DNA of 64,000 nt from Clostridia bacterium (GTDB lineage: Bacteria; Bacillota; Clostridia; UMGS1883), in contig JAZORN010000001.1 in assembly GCA_045656645.1 (NCBI GenBank), forward strand, positions 11,208 through 75,207, read 5' to 3'. Each line of letters begins with the position of its first letter. Positions within the stretch are counted from its first letter, which is position 1. The notes below the pieces were generated by a model. It saw only the letters and a program-made list of their open reading frames with translations, searched no databases and was not told the origin of the DNA. Of the stretch, positions 44,417 to 53,581 are shown piece after piece. The translations under genes and the position numbers were made by a program.

Positions 44417-46138
44417 TTATTTTACATATAATGAAAACACCTTGAATTCTTCTTCGCCGTGCGATTCATTAACAGTCAGACGAATTGCATCTGTGCGCAG
44501 CTTTATATTATGAACTGCATTTCGCTGATAATTGTCTGTTTCATTTACTATATCGTACCATTTGCCGTTTTGTCTGTAGCTGAGGGTATACCCCTTTACA
44601 AGACACGCAGGAAGTGCCGACAGATTTTCACCCAGCGGATATATGTGGGGCATCCTCTTGGGGTCGTTAAGGTCACTGTCAAACACTATGCGAATGCGTG
44701 AAATGTCGACTTCCTTCCCAAAATCAAGCTGCGCCCAATCTCCCGCTTTGCAAACCCATGCGTTTTCTTCTTCACCTATTACACGGTCAATACCGTTTAT
44801 AAGTGCATTGGCATCGTTTCTGTTTGAAGTAATTTTTGCTTCCTTCAAAAACGGAGCAACGTCCTTTCGCATATTCGGCAAATAGCAGTCATCCTCCATC
44901 AGTGTCTGTTGAAGCTCTCCGATATAGTTTTCATAAATACCGCGCGGAGATACATTCTCCCTTGCCGCTATTGCTGCGGCAGTTCCTACCGCCTGACCGA
45001 GCACTGCACACGTTCCCATAACACGTGTGGAGCTCATTGCCAGATGCGTGACACTGATGTTTCTTCCTGCAAAAAAGAGGTTATCTATATTTTTTGAATA
45101 AAGACATCTGTACGGTATTGCGTAGGGCGACGGCGCCTCGATAACCCTATTGGTTTTCTTGCCACCTTTATAGTTAAAGCCTTCGGGGAAATGGTCGTCA
45201 ATCGGCCATCCGCCGTAGGCAACAACATCATCAAAATTGCCACCCTTTTCGATGTCTGTCTGGGTAAGTATATGGTCGCCTATGTATCGGCGGCTCTCAC
45301 GCTTGCCGGGAAGAAATCCCATCCAGTCAAGTGTGTAGTTTTCTACGCCGTGGTCGCCGTAGTTTTTCATATGATCCCATATACCAAGTGCTGTTTTTAA
45401 AAGCTCGTGTCTGATTTTCTCTGTATCGTGAATTGAGTCTTCCTCACCGCCAAGCTCCAGCCACCAGAAATTACAAGCAATGGTATGGTTCTTGTTTCCA
45501 AGCTCTTCCTCGGTCGGGTATTTGTTTGCCCATACGGGCGGTGTAAATTTTTGCGGTCTTCCTGTATCGCGAAGCTGCATAATACAGCTCATTCCCATTG
45601 TTTTATTATCTGATTCTTCGTGTGCCAGGCTTTCACCGTATTCACTCTGTGCCTCTCTCCCCATACGGAATTCGGCACCTGTCAGCGGGGCGAGTATACT
45701 GTCGCCCGAGCAATCGGCAAAATTCTTTGCATTTACAGTATGGTACGTCTCTGCCGTTCCTTGCCAGCCCTTCACACTTTTTATTGTATTACCCTCTGTC
45801 TGCGCCTCTACGCAGGAGCAGTTAAGAAGCACTGTCAAATTCTCCTCCGACATAGCTTTTCCATATAATACGCTATCCCAGAGGCTGTAATTAAGATTTG
45901 GATTGAGGTACAGGTTTTCAAGCTGTAATTCCTCTATTATACCTGTTTCCTTGTTATTTTTTCCACGTGCACCGCATATGCACATGCGGATTTCACTCGA
46001 TGCGTTTCCGCCCAAAACGGGGCGGTCGTGCATCAAGAGTGTCCTTGCGCCGTGGCGTGCTGCGGCAATTGCCGCACACAGACCGGAAAGTCCGCCGCCT
46101 ATAACACAAAAATCGACATTATGTACTATTTCTCTCAT
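44417..46138 (-). CDS. FAD-dependent oxidoreductase (PF12831-like) with a C-terminal discoidin/F5-8-type-C-like domain
   Basis: 573 aa. Dinucleotide-binding start VDFCVIGGGLSGLCAAIAAARHGARTLLMHDRPVLGGNASSE. C-terminal beta-sandwich-like region WAQLDFGKEVDISRIRIVFD...IRLTV. AAGGAG RBS. No signal peptide. Confidence 0.65.
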   Translation of the reverse strand: MREIVHNVDFCVIGGGLSGLCAAIAAARHGARTLLMHDRPVLGGNASSEIRMCICGARGKNNKETGIIEELQLENLYLNPNLNYSLWDSVLYGKAMSEENLTVLLNCSCVEAQTEGNTIKSVKGWQGTAETYHTVNAKNFADCSGDSILAPLTGAEFRMGREAQSEYGESLAHEESDNKTMGMSCIMQLRDTGRPQKFTPPVWANKYPTEEELGNKNHTIACNFWWLELGGEEDSIHDTEKIRHELLKTALGIWDHMKNYGDHGVENYTLDWMGFLPGKRESRRYIGDHILTQTDIEKGGNFDDVVAYGGWPIDDHFPEGFNYKGGKKTNRVIEAPSPYAIPYRCLYSKNIDNLFFAGRNISVTHLAMSSTRVMGTCAVLGQAVGTAAAIAARENVSPRGIYENYIGELQQTLMEDDCYLPNMRKDVAPFLKEAKITSNRNDANALINGIDRVIGEEENAWVCKAGDWAQLDFGKEVDISRIRIVFDSDLNDPKRMPHIYPLGENLSALPACLVKGYTLSYRQNGKWYDIVNETDNYQRNAVHNIKLRTDAIRLTVNESHGEEEFKVFSLYVK

Positions 46139-46151
46139 AATAATATGCTCC

Positions 46152-46280
46152 TTCTAAGGCTTCCCGCTTTTCGAGAAGCTGTCGCAAAGCGACTGATGAG
46201 GTGTAGTCTGCATCTTTGAAGCTTTTCCACCTCATCCACCACAATGCGGTCCCCCTTCCCCTCAAAGGGGAAGGCTTTCC
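46152..46280 (-). other. Structured GC-rich intergenic region (at least four stem-loops)
   Basis: Stem-loops: gcttc/gaagc (46159-46179), gtcgc aaa gcgac (46181-46193), gatgaggtg/cacctcatc (46195-46236, 9-bp stem), and ccttcccc tcaaa ggggaagg (46254-46274). The flanks ttctaaggcttccc and ggggaaggcttt resemble the two halves of the 43243 element. Confidence 0.6.
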
Positions 46281-46335
46281 GTTTCTAATTGGTAATAATC
46301 CGTATTACCACAATTTTGCTTCTGTTAATTTCTTA

Positions 46336-47763
46336 TCAGTCAATCTTTGCTAAAGGCTCCAGTGTATTCATATTCCATACGAATGCCTTTACAGTCTCTC
46401 CTTCATTTAATGTAATTTCATCTACATTAACGGTGTGCGCATCCACTGTTGTGGGTGCATTAATCATTTTGAATATGTTGAAAAGCTTTGTTGTGTCATT
46501 GTATGTACCAAGAACAATTTTTGCATTTTCAGGCAAAGCAAAGCGGTTATTTAAAGTAACTGATGTAAGCTTACCGCCGTCAGGTGTTGCAGTAATACTT
46601 GTCTTTATTCTCGGGGCAAGCTTAACTGTCCAGCTCTGCTCGAATTTGGCATCGCCTCTTGTAGCGGTTGCTTTCAAAACAGCCTCTGTAACACCCTCCG
46701 CATTGGGGAGAATTACCTTGTTATTCTTTACTGTTATACCCTCAGTCTCAGAGGACCACTTAACTGTTGCATTGTATCCGCTATCTGTTGGAAGCTGCCA
46801 GTCAGTATTAATAATTGGGGATGATGCAATTTCCGCAGAATATTCGTCCATTATAGGTGCTATGTAATTAATCATAGTTAAATAGCAACTCCTTTCATCT
46901 TCAGACCAAGCGTAGACATCGATGTCGTCAATATAGAAGGATGGTTTATCTGCCGTCGTCGCTGTAGAAACCCATGCATCCGCAGTATTAGCTACGAAAT
47001 GAATTGTATCTACTCCGTTACTGGTCCAAACAGAACCCGTTGGCGCAACAAAAGGAAGCATATTCTGACCTGCAGAAACGGACACAGTGCCGTCTGTCGC
47101 ATCTGCACCGTAAACAAGGGGCTTACCGTTTGCATATATCACAGCATAGTTAGTAGTATGCTCTTTATTATCTCTATATATTAGGAAGATTTCTATATCC
47201 ACCCACGTATTCTCAGGTACGGACTGATTAACATAGTCTGCAAAGTAAAGGGTACTGCCTGCAGGTACGGGCGACATTTTATCACTGTCACTGGTAACCT
47301 GACCATTCGACAAATCAAAATAAAAAGCGAAATACCTCGAGCTACTCACCTCATCTCTAATAGTAAAAGTAAGCTTTTTAGTGTTTTTATTTTCACGTGC
47401 CACTCTGAATTTGAGAGAAACATCAGCACCCCCATCTATACCAGTTATCGCTTTGTCATTCATAAATCCTTTTGTAATTGCGGGGGATGATCGTCTTTTT
47501 AGTCCTTTAAGGTTAGCAACAAGGTTATTCTCATTGCACGGATCCTTTACAATAGCCACGGTATTATATCCATTACTTTCATTGACTTTCCAGTTTGCAG
47601 TACCGGGAATTACGCCATTAGAACTATTTGCATACAAGGTTCCCAATTCACCGGTATAGCCTCCAAAGCCTTCTGCAGCAGCAAATGTTGTCAGAGATGT
47701 CATACTAAGAAGAAGTAATACTGTAAGCACCATACTTACAATTTTTGAAAAGGTCTTTTTCAT
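46336..47763 (-). CDS. Secreted protein with an N-terminal LamG-like module and C-terminal Ig-like domains
   Basis: ORF track gives 46336..47835. I trimmed it to ATG at 47763 (MKKTFSKIVSMVLTVLLLLSMTSLTTFAAA signal peptide), which has AAGGAGA upstream. The module ends SFYIDDIDVYAW. It is followed by an Ig-like block of the WQLPTDSGYNATVKWSSETEGITV...VLKATATRGD type. Confidence 0.55.
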   Translation of the reverse strand: MKKTFSKIVSMVLTVLLLLSMTSLTTFAAAEGFGGYTGELGTLYANSSNGVIPGTANWKVNESNGYNTVAIVKDPCNENNLVANLKGLKRRSSPAITKGFMNDKAITGIDGGADVSLKFRVARENKNTKKLTFTIRDEVSSSRYFAFYFDLSNGQVTSDSDKMSPVPAGSTLYFADYVNQSVPENTWVDIEIFLIYRDNKEHTTNYAVIYANGKPLVYGADATDGTVSVSAGQNMLPFVAPTGSVWTSNGVDTIHFVANTADAWVSTATTADKPSFYIDDIDVYAWSEDERSCYLTMINYIAPIMDEYSAEIASSPIINTDWQLPTDSGYNATVKWSSETEGITVKNNKVILPNAEGVTEAVLKATATRGDAKFEQSWTVKLAPRIKTSITATPDGGKLTSVTLNNRFALPENAKIVLGTYNDTTKLFNIFKMINAPTTVDAHTVNVDEITLNEGETVKAFVWNMNTLEPLAKID

Positions 47764-47908
47764 AAATAAATCTCCTTTTTTACGGGGGAATGTCCCCCCT
47801 ATTTTAATTTTAAAATTAATTTTTACCATATACAATTATATCGCGAGCGACATTTATCGTATTTGAATTTAGTCGGGACGCAAAGTGGGTGAAGCGGCAC
47901 GCTTCTTT

Positions 47909-48832
47909 TTACCACAAGCTTGTTTCTGTCAGCTTCGCACTTAATTTATTAGCTGCAAGCACGAAAAGCAAATTCACTATAGAGTTGAACTGACCAACAG
48001 CCGTTGAGAAGCTCCAGTTCTGTTCCAGAATACCTCTGCGGTATACGTAGGAGGAAATAACGTCCGAAGCCTCCATATTTGCATCGTTGTAAAGAAGAAT
48101 AATCTTCTCAAAGCCGACGCCAAGAATGTGTCCCACACGCAAAATAAACATAGTAACAATCGTGGGGAATATTCCGACAAGGGTTACGTGGATGGTTTGC
48201 TGCCATCTGTTTGCACCGTCAATTTCTGCCGCCTCGTAAAGCTGCTGGTCTACACCTGACAGTGCCGCAGTATATATGATGGAGCTCCAGCCGACTTCCT
48301 TCCACAAGCCGGACAATACATATATAGGAACAAAGTACTTAGGATAGTTAAGCATTGTTACCTTGGGGAAACCGAACAAAGACAGAATTTGTGTAACAAA
48401 TCCGGTATCCCTTGTAAAATCCACTACAAGACCGCATACAACCATAAGCGATATAAAGTGCGGGAGATATACGCAGTTTTGTACCACCTTGGCAAGCTTC
48501 TGACTTTTAAGCTCGTTCATCAGCAGTGCCAGTATAATTGCCGTAGGAAATCCCGTTACAAGTGCCGACACGCTGATGTTCAGCGTGTTACGCAAAAGTG
48601 GGAAGAAGGATGGGCTGTTAAAGAAATTAACAAAATGCTTAAAACCCACCCACGGACTATCCATAACGCCAAGCATCGGTGAATAGTCCTTAAACGCCAT
48701 TAACGCGCCATACATGGGGCCGTAATGGAAGATTATGTAGTAAGCAAGCACCGGTATCAGCATGATAAACAGTGGCTTGTTTACTTTCCAATCTCTTTTA
48801 AATGTTTGAAATATGTTTGTTTTTTGTTTCAT
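47909..48832 (-). CDS. Carbohydrate ABC transporter permease (LplB/MalF-like, CUT1)
   Basis: ORF track starts at TTG 48838. ATG at 48832 has AAAGGAAA upstream. About six TM helices. N-terminal pattern FKRDWKVNKPLFIMLIPVLAYYIIFHYGPMYGALMAFKDY, typical of LplB-type permeases. Confidence 0.8.
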   Translation of the reverse strand: MKQKTNIFQTFKRDWKVNKPLFIMLIPVLAYYIIFHYGPMYGALMAFKDYSPMLGVMDSPWVGFKHFVNFFNSPSFFPLLRNTLNISVSALVTGFPTAIILALLMNELKSQKLAKVVQNCVYLPHFISLMVVCGLVVDFTRDTGFVTQILSLFGFPKVTMLNYPKYFVPIYVLSGLWKEVGWSSIIYTAALSGVDQQLYEAAEIDGANRWQQTIHVTLVGIFPTIVTMFILRVGHILGVGFEKIILLYNDANMEASDVISSYVYRRGILEQNWSFSTAVGQFNSIVNLLFVLAANKLSAKLTETSLW

Positions 48833-48871
48833 TTTCAATTTTCCTTTTATTTAGTGTCCTTGAAATTTACG

Positions 48872-50926
48872 TTAATTCGCAGAATTAATTTTCTGTCTGT
48901 AAACCATCAAATTGTCAACCTTGGCTGCTCCTGCCGATGTATTATTCGAATTATTAACCAAAACTTTGTTTATATATGTGTAGGTCGGAGTACCCAGTGT
49001 TTTTGAACCAGTCCATGCATATATAGGCTGATCGGTAAATACTTTTGCGTTATTAACATAAATAGTTGCTGTACATGCTTTCTCATTTATAACAATCTTG
49101 AAGTGTACATCATTATTGGGCAGATATTTAGTACTATATACATTCGCCTTGGCTCCCTTGGTTACCGTTCCATTTTCATCTGCAGTAGGCGGATTATAAC
49201 CATAATGATATAATCTATTATTCTGGTAACCTACCTCTAAAACTGAATTGTTGCCGCAACGGATTTTAAGGTATGTATAAAGGCCCATATTTACATCACA
49301 TTCAATGACAGTTTCCATATCAGCTGCAGCGTTGGGACCTATGGTTATTCTATCAAATTCCTTGCTGGCAGTCTGACGAGCCGTACCTCCGCCAGCCGGA
49401 ATTGACATAGCTTTGCTGCCATTCCATGTGTCAATCACATACATATTAGTGTTTTCTTCCCAACCGCCTTGTCCGTTGATAGCTCTTCCAAGCTGATAGT
49501 CCTCAAAATCGTCTGCGAAATACATATTAGGCATTGTGTCTGTCTTTTTGAATGTTTCTTCGTTTACCTCTTCCCCTACTGGGATAAGACTTTCAAAATC
49601 CCATACAAACATCCTTATCTTACCCGCATGAGGTTCTGCCGGCATTGTATAAGGACTGTCAAAGGAAATAACAGATTTTCCGGGAACTGTTATTTCATCC
49701 TGCATAGATATATTGGTCAAGTTACCATCCGTATCATAGCCTGCTACAACAGGCTTTATGTTTACGGCACTATCTCTCTTATTTATAAACTGTGCACGGG
49801 GATATATAGTAGTATTTACGGTTCTTTTATCCGTCATTTTAATAGCAGTTCCTGCCGTGTTATGGTCACGGTCATAAATAACGGGGGTTGATACGGTTTT
49901 CAGTGCCGATTTGAGGTTATTAAGCTCGGAAGAAGTATGCTTTAAAAGCTCCTCAACAATTATGCCTGAAATCTCAGCTGCACCGAAGTCTCTGAAATGT
50001 GTGTTATCACCTTTTGCAGCACCACCGTCATACGAAGGATACTGATTTTCTGCAAGATGCAAAAAGAGTTTCTGTGAGCCTGTAGCTGTATCGCCGAGAC
50101 CTTCGTAAAGTGCAAGCGTCAAATCACTCACATCAGTAAGACAGATAAAATCGTTTGAAGGATCATCATCGCCATTTAACTCATCAGCAAGCTCTTTTAT
50201 TGCCTCTTCATACTTTTCAAGTGATGAAGCCTGAGCGTGCACCTTAGTGGAGGGGTTAACTCGCCTTTCAGGGGGGGTAATTATAATCGGGATTGCCCCT
50301 CTGCTGCGAATAAGCTCCACATAATTTTTCATATACCATTTGTAGGAATATGTTCTTGTCGTAGTTCCGTCACCATTATCTTTATCAACATATTCACTGT
50401 CGGATGGCAAGCTGGGGTTTGCGTTTCGCTGTAACCATGCCTTCGATGGAGATGCCTTCAGGTCTTCCTCCGAAACATCATCATCCCTATTAACATCGTT
50501 TGCGCCGAAGGTGAATATTACATAGTCACCCGCCTGTAAAACATTCTCATCACTCTCATAGGCGTCAAAGCCGTCCGCAGTAGGATCCTCGGGATAATTC
50601 CCCCATACTGTTGACCAGCAATGCCAATCTGATTGCGTAGGATCATCCTTAAAGGGGTCATTATAATAGTTTCGGGAGCTTGCACCGGCTACGGCACGGT
50701 TTGCAACGAGAAGCTCCTCCGAATCAAAGTAGCTTTGCAGTGCCTGACCCCATCCCATTCTGGGATAATCTTCCACCGGGTAGCTTGCCGCCATCGAGTC
50801 ACCCATTACGAAAATGCGTCGGATTCTTCCTTCATTTGCAGTATCTGTTGCACTTGCCATAGAGGGCAGCATAGCCACAAGCATCACAACAGATAAAATC
50901 AGACACAAAATTCTATTCTTTTTCAT
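48872..50926 (-). CDS. Secreted SGNH esterase, CE12 (rhamnogalacturonan acetylesterase)-like, with a C-terminal LamG-like module
   Basis: 684 aa with signal peptide MKKNRILCLILSVVMLVAMLPSMASA. CE12-type blocks IFVMGDSMAASY, RMGWGQAL and ANRAVAGASSRNY. The C-terminal module ends AAKVDNLMVYRQ. Confidence 0.65.
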   Translation of the reverse strand: MKKNRILCLILSVVMLVAMLPSMASATDTANEGRIRRIFVMGDSMAASYPVEDYPRMGWGQALQSYFDSEELLVANRAVAGASSRNYYNDPFKDDPTQSDWHCWSTVWGNYPEDPTADGFDAYESDENVLQAGDYVIFTFGANDVNRDDDVSEEDLKASPSKAWLQRNANPSLPSDSEYVDKDNGDGTTTRTYSYKWYMKNYVELIRSRGAIPIIITPPERRVNPSTKVHAQASSLEKYEEAIKELADELNGDDDPSNDFICLTDVSDLTLALYEGLGDTATGSQKLFLHLAENQYPSYDGGAAKGDNTHFRDFGAAEISGIIVEELLKHTSSELNNLKSALKTVSTPVIYDRDHNTAGTAIKMTDKRTVNTTIYPRAQFINKRDSAVNIKPVVAGYDTDGNLTNISMQDEITVPGKSVISFDSPYTMPAEPHAGKIRMFVWDFESLIPVGEEVNEETFKKTDTMPNMYFADDFEDYQLGRAINGQGGWEENTNMYVIDTWNGSKAMSIPAGGGTARQTASKEFDRITIGPNAAADMETVIECDVNMGLYTYLKIRCGNNSVLEVGYQNNRLYHYGYNPPTADENGTVTKGAKANVYSTKYLPNNDVHFKIVINEKACTATIYVNNAKVFTDQPIYAWTGSKTLGTPTYTYINKVLVNNSNNTSAGAAKVDNLMVYRQKINSAN

Positions 50927-50974
50927 TTCCTTTCTCTTCTTTCTTTATATATTTGAAAAATAATTTCGTGCTTT

Positions 50975-51044
50975 GTAGGGATGGGGTTCCATCCCCACCT
51001 GTTCATTTGTTCTTTATCGGGAGGGCACGGAGACCCTCCCCTAC
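50975..51044. repeat. Pair of inverted GC-rich hairpin units (GTAGGG-led)
   Basis: Plus-strand unit: gtagggatggggttccatcccc (hairpin gggatgg ggtt ccatccc, 50978-50995). Minus-strand unit: GTAGGGGAGGGTCTCCGTGCCCTCCC (hairpin 51019-51040). The pair sits between the permease stop (51055) and the esterase start (50926). Confidence 0.65.
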
Positions 51045-51054
51045 GATTTATAAA

Positions 51055-51936
51055 TCATCCCTTAACTGCGCCTATCATAACGCCCTTTTTGAAATACTTC
51101 TGCAAAAACGGGTAAATTGCCAGAATAGGAACAGTCGCTACTATTATAATTGCGTACTTAATAGTTTCGCTGATTGCAAACTGATCTGCCTCATTACCGT
51201 CCATCATTGATTCTGTACTGTTCTGGATAAGTATTTCACGAAGAATCAACTGGAGCGGGAATTTAGCCCTGGTTTTGAGGTAAATACTTGAACTAAACCA
51301 TTCGTTCCATTTTCCTACGCCGTAATAAAGTAGCATTACCGATACAGTTGCCATAGAAAGCGGCATAACAATTCTGAAAAGTATCTGTCTGTGCGTTGCA
51401 CCGTCAAGGAGTGCAGATTCAATAAGTGAATCGGGCACTGATGAAAACGAGGTACGCATAATAATCAGATTGTTTGTGGCTATCGCCGACGGAAGAATCA
51501 GCGCCCAGTAAGTGTCATACAGACCAAGTGTTCGTGCCGTGAGCAGGTATGAGGGTATCATACCGCCTGATACGAACATCGTAATTATTATAAACTTCAT
51601 TATGTACTTAGACGACGGGAAGTTCTTACGTGAGAGGCAGTATGCGCCGAGCGACGTCATTGTAATATTTATAACAAGGCTCATCAAAACTATTATAATA
51701 GAATTTATATAGCTTGTTAAAATCAGCTTGTTTGTGAATACGGCGCTATATGCTTCAATAGTGAACTGCCTGGGCAAGAGTAACAACCCCTGATGCGACA
51801 TCATCAGTCTGGAGTTACTGAACGACGCACACGCAACGTGCCAAAGGGGATAAACCATAACAATCACCAAAATCAGCATGAAAAGCACATTGAAGAAGTT
51901 AAAGATACGCTGACTCAATGATATCTTCCTTTTCAT
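51055..51936 (-). CDS. Carbohydrate ABC transporter permease (LplC/MalG-like, CUT1)
   Basis: 293 aa with about six TM helices. N-terminal FNFFNVLFMLILVIVMVYPLWHV and the EAA-loop region ESALLDGATHRQILFRIVMP. Confidence 0.8.
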   Translation of the reverse strand: MKRKISLSQRIFNFFNVLFMLILVIVMVYPLWHVACASFSNSRLMMSHQGLLLLPRQFTIEAYSAVFTNKLILTSYINSIIIVLMSLVINITMTSLGAYCLSRKNFPSSKYIMKFIIITMFVSGGMIPSYLLTARTLGLYDTYWALILPSAIATNNLIIMRTSFSSVPDSLIESALLDGATHRQILFRIVMPLSMATVSVMLLYYGVGKWNEWFSSSIYLKTRAKFPLQLILREILIQNSTESMMDGNEADQFAISETIKYAIIIVATVPILAIYPFLQKYFKKGVMIGAVKG

Positions 51937-51950
51937 TAATGTTCTCCCCC

Positions 51951-53537
51951 TTATCTCTTGTAGTACCTGTTAAGTGCTGTTGTATAAATCTCCAAAGCAC
52001 GCTCTACATTAAGATCCTCTATCGTCTTAACAAATTTGTCAAATTTACTGATAGGCTCAACACCCATAATAAACTTGATAAGCATCTGTGCCTTATATTT
52101 ATCAACCTCTACCATAATATTTGAAATTTCCTCAGATTCCTCTGTTGTATATGACAGTGCAGGAGGTATAAGCTTACGTGCCGGCTCTACACTGAGTGAC
52201 CACGCATCAAGTGCAGCCTTCTGCTGAGGAAGGGCATAATACTGGTCAATATAGCCGGGGTCACACATAAACGCTGTACCCGTACCGGCTCTTACATTCA
52301 TACCGAGTGCCTGATTCATCTTAAGTCCGTCGGGGTTATTTGTAATAAGCTCCGTATATGTGGGAACACCGTTCTCCATTGTATAGGTCACACCCTCTAC
52401 ACCGAAGTTACCGAACATATATCCCTCGTCTGTATAGAGGTAGTCAAGGAACTTCGCCGCAAGCTCCGGATGCTCACACTGCGTTGTGATTGCTGCTGTG
52501 CCGTTACCTGTAATAGCAAGGTTCGCAGAAGCTGCCCAGGGGCTTATCTCCCCTTTATTCTTAGTGGGGAACTTAATACCGCAGAAGTCAAAATCAGGAT
52601 CCTCTAAAAGACCTGACGGCATATATGTACCGATACCACTACCGCCTGCGCAGAGTGCAGCACCTGTTTTTCCGGTTATAATCTGACTTGTCAGCATTTT
52701 AGCATCTACTGACGGAAGGTTTTTATCAATAAGTCCTTTCTTATACCAGTCAGCAGCACGTGTAATCGCCTCTTTAAATTCGGGCTGTATCGGACCGTAA
52801 ACAACCTTACCATCCTTTATGTAGGGTCCGCTTCTCGCACCCATCAAACCTACCAACTGGCTTAACCCGCCGCCGTTCATTGCAAACGGTGCGCTTGCAC
52901 CCTTCTTTTCCTTAAACGCGGTCAGCATAACCTCCCATTCGTCATAGGTTTCGGGCACTTCAAGACCAAGCTCACGCAGCCAGTCCATTCTTACTGCAGG
53001 GCCGTTGGAAATGGAAAGTCTGGGCGAACCCATTATAAGGGGGAAGCCAAAATACTGACCGTCGTCAGTTTTTGCCTGTCTGTCATATTCGGGATTTTCC
53101 TCCAGAATCTTGAAAAGTCCGGGCGCATATTCCTTATACTTAGCCAGGTCTACAATTACGCCCTCGCTTATCGCCCTTACAGCACCTCCGCGATAGCTTG
53201 AAATCCAGTTATTTTCCATAATGTCAGGAAGGTCGTTAGACGCTATCATAAGGTTTATGGTTTCTGAGTCGTTACCGCCTGACGAATGTATGTATTCAAT
53301 ATTTACGCCCGTTCTCTCTGAAAGCTGCTTGGCAAAATCTGTTTCGCCATAGTTTTCAACGAGTGTTGAAATACTTGCTGACAATGGTCTGAAATATGTC
53401 AGCGTCACGTCAGTCTCAATTGGATAAGAGGATAAGTCGATATCTGTTTTTCCGACTTCCTTACCATTTTCGCCGCCCTTAGTACACGCTGTAAAAAGCA
53501 GCGTTGCCGAAAGCAGCATAGTTAAAAGTTTTTTCAT
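51951..53537 (-). CDS. Extracellular solute-binding lipoprotein (LplA-like, large CUT1 family SBP)
   Basis: 528 aa. Signal peptide with lipobox MKKLLTMLLSATLLFTAC. Its size and composition are typical of LplA-type oligosaccharide-binding proteins. Confidence 0.8.
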   Translation of the reverse strand: MKKLLTMLLSATLLFTACTKGGENGKEVGKTDIDLSSYPIETDVTLTYFRPLSASISTLVENYGETDFAKQLSERTGVNIEYIHSSGGNDSETINLMIASNDLPDIMENNWISSYRGGAVRAISEGVIVDLAKYKEYAPGLFKILEENPEYDRQAKTDDGQYFGFPLIMGSPRLSISNGPAVRMDWLRELGLEVPETYDEWEVMLTAFKEKKGASAPFAMNGGGLSQLVGLMGARSGPYIKDGKVVYGPIQPEFKEAITRAADWYKKGLIDKNLPSVDAKMLTSQIITGKTGAALCAGGSGIGTYMPSGLLEDPDFDFCGIKFPTKNKGEISPWAASANLAITGNGTAAITTQCEHPELAAKFLDYLYTDEGYMFGNFGVEGVTYTMENGVPTYTELITNNPDGLKMNQALGMNVRAGTGTAFMCDPGYIDQYYALPQQKAALDAWSLSVEPARKLIPPALSYTTEESEEISNIMVEVDKYKAQMLIKFIMGVEPISKFDKFVKTIEDLNVERALEIYTTALNRYYKR

Positions 53538-53581
53538 CTTTTACACCTTTCCTTTTCGTTTATATTTTTTGCTGTAATTTT

